From Rhizobium sp. Q54 (GTDB lineage Bacteria; Pseudomonadota; Alphaproteobacteria; Rickettsiales; UBA1997): a stretch of 60,617 bases of DNA. The translations under genes were made by a program, and so were the position numbers. The notes below the pieces were generated by a model, which saw nothing but the letters and a program-made list of their open reading frames with translations, ran no database searches and had not been told where the DNA came from. Below are positions 9,887 to 20,476 of this stretch, piece after piece. Location: NCBI GenBank assembly GCA_945875865.1, contig CAMCMF010000004.1, positions 1 through 60,617 on the forward strand, given 5' to 3'. The first letter of the stretch is position 1. Every line of letters starts with the position of its first letter.

Positions 9887-11590
9887 CTAATTAATGCGGT
9901 CAGTCATATCGACGACGCGCATCAGTTCTTTTAAATCGGTAATGCCGGCTATAACTTTTTGCAAGCCATCCTCAATCATCGGAATGAATCCGTGTTGCAT
10001 AATATAAGCGAGCATTTCTTTGCGACTTCCTCCGTTATTAACCATTTCATCAAGTTCGCGATCAAATGGTAAAATTTCGCAAACTACGATTCGGCCTTTA
10101 TAACCACTGTTACATCTATCGCAACCAACTGCTTTGAAAATTTTATCGATGTTGGAATATTTTGGACCAAGCAAGCGTTTTTCAAAATGATCGAGTGGAG
10201 CTTCTTTTTTGCAATGCACACAAAGTTTTCGGGCTAATCTTTGTGCGACAATTCCGATTAAAGATCCTGACATTAAATAGTTTGGAACTCCGATATTCAT
10301 CAAGCGTGGAATAGCGCCGAGAGCATCATTGGTGTGCAGAGAGGTGTAAACTTGGTGACCAGTCATCGCCGCTTGAATTGCAGTAATTGCGGTTTCCTTG
10401 TCACGAACTTCCCCCACCAAAATCACGTCGGGATCTTGACGTAAAATTGCTTTAATACCGGCGGCAAAATCCATACCAATATCATTGCGAATATTAGACT
10501 GACGAATTAGTGGCAAGCGATATTCCACCGGATCCTCGAGAGTCATGATATTTTTATCGATGGAGTTTATGAAATTTAAAATCGTGTAAAGCGTAGTGGT
10601 TTTACCGGAACCAGTGGGACCAGTTAGAATGATCACGCCTTCCGGCCTTTGAACTAATCTTTTTAAAATTTTCATCGCATGTTCCGAGAAGCCTAATTTT
10701 TCTAGCGACAGGATTGATTGTTTCTCATCGAGAATACGCATCACGATATTTTCGCCGTGAATTGTTGGTTGAGTTGAAACACGAAAGTCGATTTTACGGC
10801 CCAATATTTCGGAGTTGATGCGACCATCTTGTGACTTACGGCTTTCAGCGATATTCATGCCGGACATGATTTTTATGCGTACCGCAATTGCCGACCAATA
10901 ATCCTTGTGGATGCTGCGAATTTGAATCATTTTTCCGTCGATACGATAACGAATACGAAGGAACAAAGCTTCTGGTTCAAAGTGCAAATCCGAGGAGCCG
11001 CGATGAACGGCATCGGTTAAAATCGCATCAACCAAACGAACCATCGGACTTTTATAATCTCCTTTAAGCTGAGCTTCATCGAAAGTTTTATTATTGTCGC
11101 CCCCTTCAATTTCGTGCAAAATACCTTCGATTGACATTTCATAGCCGTAATATTGATCGATGGCGGACATGATGTCGACTTCGGCTACGTAAACCGGATT
11201 GATGTGAAAATTTGGCGGAAAGAAGCGGCGAACTTGATCAATTGCTACAATATCAAAAACATCGACCATGCCCATGGTTATTGAGTCGGAAGTGTATGAA
11301 ACTGGAATTAATTTATTGTGAGAGGCGAAATCTTTTGGAACTTTTTTTACTAATTTAGCATCGATGATTGATGACTTAATATCGAATTTTTTAACACCAC
11401 TTGATTCATTTAAAATTTCACCCATAGCGCCTTCGGAAACAAATCCCATGGTGATCAAAATAGCGCCAATGGTTTTTGCGCCATTGAGGCGAACATGTTC
11501 TTTTAGCGCTATTGTCAGTTGATCTTCGGAGATAACTTTCTTTTCCAGAAGTTTAGCGCCGATATCAACATTACCTTGTATTTTACTCAT
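9887..11590 (-). CDS. GspE/PilB family pilus/T2SS assembly ATPase
   Basis: SDLHFEP, QDGRI, Walker A GPTGSGKTT, LEDPVEY, LRQDPD, AMTGH, CxxC...CxxC. Confidence 0.95.
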   Translation of the reverse strand: MSKIQGNVDIGAKLLEKKVISEDQLTIALKEHVRLNGAKTIGAILITMGFVSEGAMGEILNESSGVKKFDIKSSIIDAKLVKKVPKDFASHNKLIPVSYTSDSITMGMVDVFDIVAIDQVRRFFPPNFHINPVYVAEVDIMSAIDQYYGYEMSIEGILHEIEGGDNNKTFDEAQLKGDYKSPMVRLVDAILTDAVHRGSSDLHFEPEALFLRIRYRIDGKMIQIRSIHKDYWSAIAVRIKIMSGMNIAESRKSQDGRINSEILGRKIDFRVSTQPTIHGENIVMRILDEKQSILSLEKLGFSEHAMKILKRLVQRPEGVIILTGPTGSGKTTTLYTILNFINSIDKNIMTLEDPVEYRLPLIRQSNIRNDIGMDFAAGIKAILRQDPDVILVGEVRDKETAITAIQAAMTGHQVYTSLHTNDALGAIPRLMNIGVPNYLMSGSLIGIVAQRLARKLCVHCKKEAPLDHFEKRLLGPKYSNIDKIFKAVGCDRCNSGYKGRIVVCEILPFDRELDEMVNNGGSRKEMLAYIMQHGFIPMIEDGLQKVIAGITDLKELMRVVDMTDRIN

Positions 11591-11663
11591 CTTTAACTGG
11601 ATTTTTGAAGGAGGTGCGAGTTATATTTTTTCTTCCCCAACTAAGTCAAGAAATCAATCAATC

Positions 11664-13049
11664 ATGTCTGTAATTACACGTTTTGCTCCTTCGCCAACTG
11701 GATATTTGCACATCGGCGGTGCGCGCACAGCATTATTTAATTATCTTTTTTCTAAGCATAATAACGGAAAATTTTTGCTGCGAATTGAAGATACTGATGA
11801 AAAAAGATCAACCGCAGAAGCAATTGATGCAATTCTACAAGGTCTTGATTGGCTTGGCCTTGCGCCTGATGAAGAATATATTTTGCAATCAAAAAATTTA
11901 GCGCGTCACAAGGAAGTTGCTTTGCAATTGCTCGAAAAAAATCAGGCTTATTTGTGCTACACTTCGCAAGAAGAATTGGAAGAGATGCGAAATTTTGCCG
12001 AAAAAAAAGGTGAAGTTTTTCGTTTTAAAAGTTCGTGGCGCGACAAGGTGATGTCACAAAATTCTGCAGTGAAGCCGGTGATCCGCATCAAGGCTCCGTT
12101 GATCGGAGAGACAGTTATTCGTGATTTAGTGCAAGGTGAAATTCGCGTCAAAAATTCTGAGCTTGATGATTTGGTGATGTTGCGTTCTGACGAAACTCCA
12201 ACTTACATGTTGGCAGTTGTGGTCGATGATCACGACATGAAAATCACTCACGTAATTCGCGGGGATGATCATCTCACAAATGCTTTTCGTCAAAAAGTTA
12301 TTTACGAAGCGATGGGCTGGGAAGTGCCGCAATTCGCGCATATTCCACTAATTCATGGCAGTGACGGTGCAAAAATGTCGAAGCGTCACGGCGCAACTTC
12401 GGTGATTGATTACAAAGAGATGGGATATTTACCAGAAGCGATGAGAAATTATTTGTTGCGTTTGGGCTGGAGTCACGGCGATGCAGAAATTATTTCAGAT
12501 GCAGAAGCGATTGAATGGTTTGATTTAGATAAAGTTGGCCGATCACCTTCGCGCTTTGATTTTGCTAAGCTGGCGCATGTTAATAAGCATTACATCAAGG
12601 AAAAATCGGAAGAGGAATTATTAAAAAATATTGGCGATGGAAAATTCAGCGAAGCAGAAAAAATAAGATTGCCGCGCGCCTTAAAATTCTTGAAAGAAAA
12701 AGTTTCTTTGCTCAATGAATTAGAAAAAATTTCTGAAATTTATTTTGATGATTTTCGTGGAGAATTTAGTGATGAAGATAAAAAAATTCTCAGTGAAAAA
12801 GCCGTTTTAATTTCTGATTTGCAAAAAGTTTTTTCCAACTTGCAAGATTGGTCACATGACGGAATCAAAAATTCTCTAAATGAATTTGCCGCCGCCAAAG
12901 CTTTGAAAATAAAGGATTTCGGCCCAGCTTTACGAATTGTTTTAACCTTCTCTTCTGCGTCGGCCGGTGGAATTTTTGATGTGGTGGAAATTTTGGGGAA
13001 AGAAGAAGTTTTGGCGCGAATTGAATTTGCTTTGAAGCTATTCAAATAA
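11664..13049 (+). CDS. gltX: Glutamate--tRNA ligase
   Basis: RFAPSPTGYLHIGG, KMSKR. Confidence 0.97.
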   Translation: MSVITRFAPSPTGYLHIGGARTALFNYLFSKHNNGKFLLRIEDTDEKRSTAEAIDAILQGLDWLGLAPDEEYILQSKNLARHKEVALQLLEKNQAYLCYTSQEELEEMRNFAEKKGEVFRFKSSWRDKVMSQNSAVKPVIRIKAPLIGETVIRDLVQGEIRVKNSELDDLVMLRSDETPTYMLAVVVDDHDMKITHVIRGDDHLTNAFRQKVIYEAMGWEVPQFAHIPLIHGSDGAKMSKRHGATSVIDYKEMGYLPEAMRNYLLRLGWSHGDAEIISDAEAIEWFDLDKVGRSPSRFDFAKLAHVNKHYIKEKSEEELLKNIGDGKFSEAEKIRLPRALKFLKEKVSLLNELEKISEIYFDDFRGEFSDEDKKILSEKAVLISDLQKVFSNLQDWSHDGIKNSLNEFAAAKALKIKDFGPALRIVLTFSSASAGGIFDVVEILGKEEVLARIEFALKLFK

Positions 13050-13064
13050 ATATTTCTCGGTCTT

Positions 13065-13092
13065 ATTACCCTCCCCTTGAGGGGGGGGTAAT
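13065..13092. terminator. GC-rich hairpin after gltX (terminator or family C-like remnant)
   Basis: ATTACCCTCCCC-TTGA-GGGGGGGGTAAT. Confidence 0.4.
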
Positions 13093-13124
13093 TAGATCGA
13101 GTTTTCAAAAAATCTTAATCATTT

Positions 13125-13823
13125 ATGAAGCGCATAATTTTTCTCAGCTCATTGCTTTTAATCCTTTCAAATCAATCCTTCGCTCAAGCTTTTGATGAAG
13201 AAAGGAATAGCGTTGCTCGATATCAACCACCATTGCCTTCGATTTATACCATTCAGGTAAAGACGGCTTCGGAAGAGGCCTTTTATTTCAAACCTTTTTT
13301 ATCAATCGAATATAGCGCTCCATCAATTTCTGGCGGTGGGGACAATGTTAATTTTAAAACCTCGCATCGCCTTTCTGGTCAAGTTCGTGAATTCCAAAAT
13401 TTTGCGGTTGGCGGACATTTTCGGGTGCAGAAATATTTGGGATTTAATTTTAACTGGCAGCAAAGTGAAATGGATAATACCTCGCTTTATGGCATTTCTA
13501 GTCTAGCGCGCCAAGCGAATTTCAAAATGAGTCATTATAATTTTTCGGCATTAATTTTTGCTCCGGTAGTTCCAAATACTTTCGAAATTTTTGCCGAACT
13601 CGGCGTTGCTGACATGAATAGTAAAATCGATTACGTGCAATCGAATGGAGATTCCGTGAATAGACGAGCTCATGAAACCAAAGCTTTTCTTGGTGGTGGA
13701 GCGCAGATTAATTTAAATAAAACCAACGCGGTTCGCATGTCATTTCAAAAATATTCTGGAAATTTAGCTTTGATGCATTCAAATTATTCAACATTTCGCA
13801 TCGGTTATCTCCACGCGTTTTAA
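13125..13823 (+). CDS. Outer membrane beta-barrel protein (OmpA/Ail-like 8-stranded)
   Basis: Signal peptide, alternating strands, FLGGGAQI, ends IGYLHAF. Confidence 0.75.
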   Translation: MKRIIFLSSLLLILSNQSFAQAFDEERNSVARYQPPLPSIYTIQVKTASEEAFYFKPFLSIEYSAPSISGGGDNVNFKTSHRLSGQVREFQNFAVGGHFRVQKYLGFNFNWQQSEMDNTSLYGISSLARQANFKMSHYNFSALIFAPVVPNTFEIFAELGVADMNSKIDYVQSNGDSVNRRAHETKAFLGGGAQINLNKTNAVRMSFQKYSGNLALMHSNYSTFRIGYLHAF

Positions 13824-13880
13824 ATAACTCTCCTCCCTAATTTTTCTGGAAAGCCTTCCAAAATTTAATTGTTTTTAGCT

Positions 13881-15038
13881 ATGCCTAAGAATTTTTTATT
13901 TACTTCGGAATCGGTTTCTGAAGGTCATCCCGACAAAATCTGCGATCAAATTTCTGATACGTTAGTTGATGCTTACATAGCAAAAGATCCTTACTCCCGC
14001 CTTGCTATAGAAACATTCGCTACAACCAATCGCGTAATCATTGGTGGCGAAATTCGCGCTCCACAAATTTCAAAAGCTGACATCGAAGATTTGATCCGCG
14101 GCACCGTGAAAGATATCGGCTATGAGCAAGATGGCTTCCATTGGAAAAATCTCGAAATCACCAATCTTTTACATTCGCAATCTGCTGATATTGCAGTTGG
14201 TGTTGATGCCAGTGGCTCAAAGGATGAAGGCGCTGGAGATCAAGGAATTATGTTTGGATATGCTTGCCGCGAAACTGAAGTTTTAATGCCGGCAGCGATT
14301 TATTATGCGCACAGAATTTTGCATAATATCATGGATGCGGTCAGATCTGGCAAGCTTCGCGACATTGGTCCTGATGCTAAAAGCCAAGTAACTTTGCGTT
14401 ACGAAAATGGCGTTCCAATCAATGCGGAAACAGTTTTGGTTTCGATTCAACATAAGGAGGGCGTCACGCAACAACAAGTCCGCGAGGCAATCCGGCCTTA
14501 CGTTGAAGCCTCTTTGCCAAAAGGATGGATGTGTGCTGAGGATAAATTTTTAGTTAACCCAACCGGCAAATTTGTGATTGGCGGACCGGACGGTGATGCT
14601 GGTTTAACTGGTCGCAAAATCATTGTTGATACTTACGGCGGTTCAGCTCCTCACGGTGGCGGCGCTTTCTCGGGAAAAGATCCAACTAAGGTTGATCGTT
14701 CTGCCGCTTACATGGCGCGCTATTTGGCAAAAAACGTTGTGGCTGCAGGATTGGCAACGCGTTGCACCATTCAAATTTCCTACGCGATTGGAATTTCTAA
14801 ACCTTTATCGCTCTACGTTAACAATCACGGCACTGGCGTTGCCGGCGAAGATTTAGTTAAAATCATCGATGAGTTGGTTGACCTAAGTCCACGCGGAATC
14901 CGCACCCATCTTGGTTTGAACAAACCAATTTATAAACGCACAGCAACTTACGGACATTTCGGAAGAGCTCCGGATTTTGATGGCGGTTTCTCTTGGGAAA
15001 AAACTGATTTAGCTGAGAAGTTGAAAAAACTAGCATAA
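13881..15038 (+). CDS. metK: S-adenosylmethionine synthetase
   Basis: [28 protein letters not shown]. Confidence 0.98.
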   Translation: MPKNFLFTSESVSEGHPDKICDQISDTLVDAYIAKDPYSRLAIETFATTNRVIIGGEIRAPQISKADIEDLIRGTVKDIGYEQDGFHWKNLEITNLLHSQSADIAVGVDASGSKDEGAGDQGIMFGYACRETEVLMPAAIYYAHRILHNIMDAVRSGKLRDIGPDAKSQVTLRYENGVPINAETVLVSIQHKEGVTQQQVREAIRPYVEASLPKGWMCAEDKFLVNPTGKFVIGGPDGDAGLTGRKIIVDTYGGSAPHGGGAFSGKDPTKVDRSAAYMARYLAKNVVAAGLATRCTIQISYAIGISKPLSLYVNNHGTGVAGEDLVKIIDELVDLSPRGIRTHLGLNKPIYKRTATYGHFGRAPDFDGGFSWEKTDLAEKLKKLA

Positions 15039-15343
15039 ATCCTCCGACCTTTCGGGCCACCTCCTTTTGCAAAGGAGGTTCAGTTCTAAAACCCTCTTTG
15101 ACAATCGCTTCAGCGATTGCAACTTCTTACCTAGAAAAAATAAATCTAAGTAAAGGGCGCCTCTAAAAATTAGGATTTTTCGAGGAATTTTGAGTTTTAA
15201 CAAATTTGTGAGAAGGTAAGCGTATTAGATATACGTGCTCTCGAGCAAATTTGTTAAAACTCAAAATTACCGGAAAAGACAATTTTTAGAGATGTCCTAA
15301 AAAGAGGGTGGCGTCGCAACAAAGTTGCGATGACGGGTGATTT
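15037..15343. repeat. Nested composite: C1 (reverse) + C2 unit interrupted by D (15101-15151) and B
   Basis: C2 hairpin CCCTCTTTG|AAAAAGAGGG split by 51-bp D plus 145-bp B; compare 36766..36950. Confidence 0.9.
15154..15298. repeat. Family B palindromic element, 145 bp
   Basis: Ends AGGGCGCCTCTAAAAATT / AATTTTTAGAGATGTCCT; near-identical reversed copies at 27378 and 29234. Confidence 0.95.
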
Positions 15344-15345
15344 CT

Positions 15346-18132
15346 TTAAAATTCCTGCCGCACCTTCGCCAAAATAAAATGCGACTGCGAGCTACTCCTT
15401 TTCTCCAAACTATATTCCAGCGCGAAATTGATGTCATCGATGTGAAAGGCATCAACCTCAAATCCTACTTTCAAACTGCCGGAATCCATCTGAGAAATTT
15501 TTGAATTCAAAGTTACCGCATCTTGCGAAGCAAAGCTGCTCAAGGTTTGCGGGCGATCATTGATGATGTTATAGCCGTAAGAAATTTTGACGAGTGCGAC
15601 AAGTTTTTTAAATTCATGCATCTCGGGAATTTTTCCAATCCAACCAAAAGATGTGCCGATTCTTGCTTCCAAAAAATTTGCTGCAACGCCGCCGACCTTG
15701 AGATTTAGCGAGTCGGCGCCTCTTTCAGAATAGCCACCAATTTTGCTGTGTAAAAAATTCAGCGAAAATTCCGGAATAATTTTTAGCTCAAAAGGTAAAT
15801 TTTTAATCACGCCACTTTTAATTTTTGCGGCATAAGTTTGTCCATTATAGGCCGCAGTAGCATTGGATTTGAGTGCTGTGATTGAGCGGTTAGAATCATA
15901 TTTATGCCAAGCAAATCCCGCGACATAATCCAAAAAATAATCACCAAATTTCTGACCAGAAAAAATATTTAATTGGTAGCTGTTGATGAAATTTCTTTTG
16001 CTGTCGTCAGCGGTTTTCACATCAGATTTGGCGTAGCTTAGCGAGATTCCAGCATTTTTATTTTCAGAAAATTCGTGATCAAAACCGAAAGCAAAACCAG
16101 TAGAATTTGCACTAAAACCATCATCATCTTTTACCTCATTTTGTTGCAGAGAATTTCCAAAACCTTCGGCAAAAAAACCATCTCCTTTTTCTGTTTGTAA
16201 ATGATGTTTCTCTAATCTTCTTTCATCAATTTTTAGTGAATTATTTACCAAGGCAGAAGTGGTTAGAAGACTTGCCTTGGTTGATTGTGGAGCAAGTTGC
16301 TTTATAGTAGAGTTAAGTTGTGCCGAACTCAAATTTGCACCATCAATATATTTTTGAAATTCGCGCAATTTTCCATTTGAATCATCACCAATTTTATTCA
16401 GCGCGCGATAAATATTTTTAACATTTTCATCCTGCGAAATTTCTTCGGCAGCGAGATGATTTGCTTCTAAAAAAAGATGAGTGGCATCAGATGAAGTTTT
16501 GAAGCGCAAGAGTCCGTAGATGTTAGAATCATTACCATTTATTGCGATATTATCGTTATTAATTGCAGAAATATTTGAACCATTTCCCGCGTTAATAATT
16601 GTAAATTTTGTGCCATCGGAGATGTAATCATTGTTGGAAGAAAAATTTAGAGCAAGCTTTGAAGCCTCGTCAATATTGGCTAGATTGCCAACAGTAAAAT
16701 TTCCAATCGCATTATTTTCTAAAGTAGTTGCTAAGGTTGCGCCCGATAAAAGAGAAAAATTTCCGCTAATTATTTGACTTCGTGATCCAATATCAATCTT
16801 TGCCGCAGTGCTTGCAGTAAGGTTTCCCGCGATGGTTAAATTATTGGCATTGGAAAAATTTAGATCGCCATCAAGAAAAATATTGTTGGCATAAATGTTA
16901 TTTGAGCTAGTAAGAGAGCTGGTGGAATCGATATTTAAATTTGCTAAAGAAGCTGAAGAATTCGCAATTCCATTCGCCGCAAAAAAATCAATTCCTGATA
17001 AATTTAAATTTCCCGAAGAGGAATTTTCTCCCTGAATTGCGCCACTAAAAATCACGCCATTTTCCAAAGTGAAATTTGAATTTGCGCCGAGATAAATCGT
17101 GCTTGCTTCGATGGTGCGATCAGAGGTGAAGCTGCTTCCTGCCTTAACGCTCAGACTAGTTAAATTTAAAAAATTGGCGCTTTGTGTGAAATTTGTGCTC
17201 ACCGAATTTGATCCGATATTTATACTTCCCGCATCACTTCCTTCCACTTCGCCACTAATTGTTCCACCTAAAATATTCAATGTCGCGTTGCCCAAGCGCA
17301 GGCCGCCAGCAAGGTTTCCCGAGTTATTAATTATGACATCATCGCCGGAATTATAAATTGCGTAGCGATTGGAATTTATATTTCCCGTGTTGGAAATTGT
17401 GACATTACTGCCTTCATTCCTAACGCCGTAAACGCTTGAAATATCTGCACTCACGAGAGTTCCAGAATTCGTAATTTGTGTGAAATTATCCTTGTTATAA
17501 ATCGCGTGATTGCTGCCGCTGGTGACATTGCCGGAATTATTTACGCTGTTATAATTTAAGGCGCTGGCTGTTGAGCCACTTCCGGCGCTGATATAAATTC
17601 CATAAGTTTGTGCTACTGAAATTGATCCCGAATTACTCGCCGAATTATTATTTCCATCGAGATTGATTCCGTAAGAGCTGCTACCAAAAGTTTGAATATT
17701 TCCTGAATTTGTAATCACATTATTATCGCCGCCGCCATGAATTCCATAGGCGCTGCTACCTTGCGTGGTAATGCTTCCCGAGTTTATCACAACCGATAAA
17801 TTACTGACGCTAATGCCTCGTCCCGAACTTCCTGTTGTTTGAATTGTGGCGCCAAGATAGTTAGTAATCTGATTATAATTTCCGGTGGTTTTTATGCCGT
17901 AAGCACTCGAAGTGCCGCCGGAATTTCCGGTGGTAATGATGTGAAGATTTTTGATTTTATTTAAGTTTGAAACTGTGCCAACTAATGTACTGCTAATGCC
18001 AACGCCGCTGGTGGTAATGTTTCCCGAGGTAACAAAATTAGTTTGTCCGGAAGTGAGAGTGAGAGCGAAAGCATTTTTTGTAAAAAAAATGCAAAGAAAA
18101 ATCGCTGAAAAGCGCTGGGTTTTTTTGAGCAT
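15346..18132 (-). CDS. Autotransporter with Gly/Asn/Ser-rich beta-helical passenger
   Basis: Signal peptide, repeated NSGxIxT..GI units, C-terminal autotransporter barrel ending in F; no protease motif seen. Confidence 0.9.
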   Translation of the reverse strand: MLKKTQRFSAIFLCIFFTKNAFALTLTSGQTNFVTSGNITTSGVGISSTLVGTVSNLNKIKNLHIITTGNSGGTSSAYGIKTTGNYNQITNYLGATIQTTGSSGRGISVSNLSVVINSGSITTQGSSAYGIHGGGDNNVITNSGNIQTFGSSSYGINLDGNNNSASNSGSISVAQTYGIYISAGSGSTASALNYNSVNNSGNVTSGSNHAIYNKDNFTQITNSGTLVSADISSVYGVRNEGSNVTISNTGNINSNRYAIYNSGDDVIINNSGNLAGGLRLGNATLNILGGTISGEVEGSDAGSINIGSNSVSTNFTQSANFLNLTSLSVKAGSSFTSDRTIEASTIYLGANSNFTLENGVIFSGAIQGENSSSGNLNLSGIDFFAANGIANSSASLANLNIDSTSSLTSSNNIYANNIFLDGDLNFSNANNLTIAGNLTASTAAKIDIGSRSQIISGNFSLLSGATLATTLENNAIGNFTVGNLANIDEASKLALNFSSNNDYISDGTKFTIINAGNGSNISAINNDNIAINGNDSNIYGLLRFKTSSDATHLFLEANHLAAEEISQDENVKNIYRALNKIGDDSNGKLREFQKYIDGANLSSAQLNSTIKQLAPQSTKASLLTTSALVNNSLKIDERRLEKHHLQTEKGDGFFAEGFGNSLQQNEVKDDDGFSANSTGFAFGFDHEFSENKNAGISLSYAKSDVKTADDSKRNFINSYQLNIFSGQKFGDYFLDYVAGFAWHKYDSNRSITALKSNATAAYNGQTYAAKIKSGVIKNLPFELKIIPEFSLNFLHSKIGGYSERGADSLNLKVGGVAANFLEARIGTSFGWIGKIPEMHEFKKLVALVKISYGYNIINDRPQTLSSFASQDAVTLNSKISQMDSGSLKVGFEVDAFHIDDINFALEYSLEKRSSSQSHFILAKVRQEF

Positions 18133-18163
18133 GGGTGAATGCTTTTAGGTTTAAGAAGTAGAG

Positions 18164-19042
18164 TTAATTACAAAATTCTGGAAGCTTAGTTTCGATTTTC
18201 AACTCTTTTCCAAAATAGTCTGCGAGCCTGATTTTGTAGGCGTGAAGGCATAGTCGTTTGCAAAGATCTTTGCGCAAAACTTTGAGCGTGCCATATTTTA
18301 TATCATTCAAAACCGGGTGACCAAGCTCTTTGCAATGTACGCGAAGTTGATGGGTGCGGCCAGTGAGGGGAGATAGTTCGGCGAGGCAATAATCAGAAAA
18401 TTTTCGGATGATTTTAAATTTGGTAATTGCTTCTTTTCCTTCTTCAAAATCGGGCACAACTTTTTCATTTTTGCCGGAAATTTTTTTGCGTAGCGGAATA
18501 TTTATTACGCCTTCAGCTTTTCCAACTACGCCGTAAAGCAGCGCCAGATAAGTCTTCTCGATGGTTTTATTTTTGAAGGCTGCGGTTAAAAGTTCGGCGG
18601 TTTTAGCATTTTTGGCGATCAATAAAATGCCGCTAGTATCTTTATCGAGGCGATGAACTAACTGCCATTTTTTTGCCATCACAAAATCATCAACTGAAAA
18701 ATCAATTCCGCTGCCACCTTGAGTAGCAAGTCCGGAAGGCTTGTTAATGGCGAGCATATTTTCATCTTCAAAAATTATCCAAGTCAAAAACTTTTTCATT
18801 TTCTCGTCAGAAATTTTGGTTTTTTTGGTAGGGATTTCTTCGCGGCCTTTTAAATCGGTATGAATATCGATTTGGTCTTGTTCCTCTGTTTTGTAGGAAG
18901 CATCGGCTCTTGAGCCATTGACCTTAACTTTTTTTTCGCGGATTAATTTTTGGGCAACGCCAAAAGAAATATCGAAATGTTTGCAGAGAAGTTTATCGAG
19001 TCTGATCCCAACCGATTCGGCATTTATCTGAATAGAAAACAT
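18164..19042 (-). CDS. rluC: RluA/RluC family pseudouridine synthase with S4 domain
   Basis: RLDKLL S4 domain, NKPSGL, HRLDKDTSG, TGRTHQLR. Confidence 0.88.
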   Translation of the reverse strand: MFSIQINAESVGIRLDKLLCKHFDISFGVAQKLIREKKVKVNGSRADASYKTEEQDQIDIHTDLKGREEIPTKKTKISDEKMKKFLTWIIFEDENMLAINKPSGLATQGGSGIDFSVDDFVMAKKWQLVHRLDKDTSGILLIAKNAKTAELLTAAFKNKTIEKTYLALLYGVVGKAEGVINIPLRKKISGKNEKVVPDFEEGKEAITKFKIIRKFSDYCLAELSPLTGRTHQLRVHCKELGHPVLNDIKYGTLKVLRKDLCKRLCLHAYKIRLADYFGKELKIETKLPEFCN

Positions 19043-19429
19043 TTAAGAGAAAATTAATTTGCTGGCGTAAAAGCCGAAAAATAATGCTAAAATTGCTAAA
19101 ATAACTGAAGCGATAACATAGGTAGAAGCTTGCAGATATTGGCCTGCTGTTGTTAGTCGAAAGAAGTCGAGAGAAAAAGCCGAGAAGGTGGTGAAGCCGC
19201 CAAGAAATCCGACTAAGAGAAAATTTTTTAAACGCAGGTCGAAAGTATCGAAATTTTTGATGATAAAAAAATAGATAATTCCGGCGAGAAGGGAGCCGAC
19301 AATGTTCACAAAAAAAGTATGCCAAGGAAATTTGGCAGAAGAAATCGTGATTCTAGTGATGGCTTCGCAGGATAGATAGCGCGCAATTGAACCGAGTGCG
19401 CCACCGATGGCGATTAAAAATAAATTCAT
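19043..19429 (-). CDS. crcB: Fluoride channel Fluc/CrcB
   Basis: GGALGSIARY, FPWHTFFVN, GFLGGFTTFSAF. Confidence 0.95.
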   Translation of the reverse strand: MNLFLIAIGGALGSIARYLSCEAITRITISSAKFPWHTFFVNIVGSLLAGIIYFFIIKNFDTFDLRLKNFLLVGFLGGFTTFSAFSLDFFRLTTAGQYLQASTYVIASVILAILALFFGFYASKLIFS

Positions 19430-20476
19430 TTAAAACTCGCTCGGTTTAAAGCCGAAATGTTTCAGAAATCTTACGTCATTTTCGAAAAACATCCGCAAGT
19501 CGGTAATGCCATATTTCAACATGGCGAGGCGCTCAATTCCAATTCCAAAAGCGAAGCCTTGAAACTTTTCAGAATCAATTTTGCAATTGCGCAACACGTT
19601 GGGGTGAATCATGCCACAGCCTAAAATTTCCATGAATTTATCGCCCTTCCCAATCTGAATTTTTCCTTGTTGAATCGAGTAATTAATATCGACTTCAGCT
19701 GATGGTTCAGTGAAGGGAAAAAAGCTTGGACGGAAACGCAACTCAAGATTTTTTACTTCAAAAAACTTTTCCAAAAAATTGGTGAGAGTCCATTTTAAAT
19801 GGCCCATTGTAATATTTTCATCAACCACAAAACCTTCAAATTGATGAAACATCGGAGTGTGAGTTTGATCGGAATCGCAGCGAAAAACGCGTCCCAAAGC
19901 TGCAACTTTTAATGGCGGTTGCGATTCAATCATTTTGCGAATTTGGGTATTGGAAGTGTGAGTGCGTAAAAGCAGCGGAGTGTTTTTAAAATAGAAGGTG
20001 TCTTGCATTTGGCGGGCGGGATGGTTCTCGTCGATATTTAGTGCAGTGAAATTATAAAAATCATCTTCGATTTCTGGACCGTGAGCAAATTCAAATCCAA
20101 GTTGTGAAAAAATTTCCTGAATTTCCTTCATCACTTTGTTGATTGGATGAATTAATCCTTGATTATTTTTGCGAATCGGCGCGGTTAAATCGATTTTTTC
20201 GCCGCTTAATCTTTCATTTAATTCTGCGCTTTCAAAAACATCTTTTTTGGCATCAAGTTCTTTGGTAACTTGATCGCGAGCTTGATTGATAGAAGCTCCA
20301 AACGCCTTTTTTTCTTCTGTTGCAATATTTTTTAATTGCACAAAAAGCTCGGTAACAAATCCTTTTTTCCCCAAAAAACTAATACGAATTTCCTCAAGCT
20401 CTTGTTTGTTTTTTACTTGTGAAATTTGCGAATTGAAATCGGAAATTATGGTTGAAAGTCGTAAGTCGTAAGTCAT
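19430..20476 (-). CDS. pheS: Phenylalanine--tRNA ligase alpha subunit
   Basis: HPARQMQDTF, LRTHTS, FRPSFFPFTEPS, GIGIERL; start moved to ATG 20476 to give typical length. Confidence 0.96.
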   Translation of the reverse strand: MTYDLRLSTIISDFNSQISQVKNKQELEEIRISFLGKKGFVTELFVQLKNIATEEKKAFGASINQARDQVTKELDAKKDVFESAELNERLSGEKIDLTAPIRKNNQGLIHPINKVMKEIQEIFSQLGFEFAHGPEIEDDFYNFTALNIDENHPARQMQDTFYFKNTPLLLRTHTSNTQIRKMIESQPPLKVAALGRVFRCDSDQTHTPMFHQFEGFVVDENITMGHLKWTLTNFLEKFFEVKNLELRFRPSFFPFTEPSAEVDINYSIQQGKIQIGKGDKFMEILGCGMIHPNVLRNCKIDSEKFQGFAFGIGIERLAMLKYGITDLRMFFENDVRFLKHFGFKPSEF

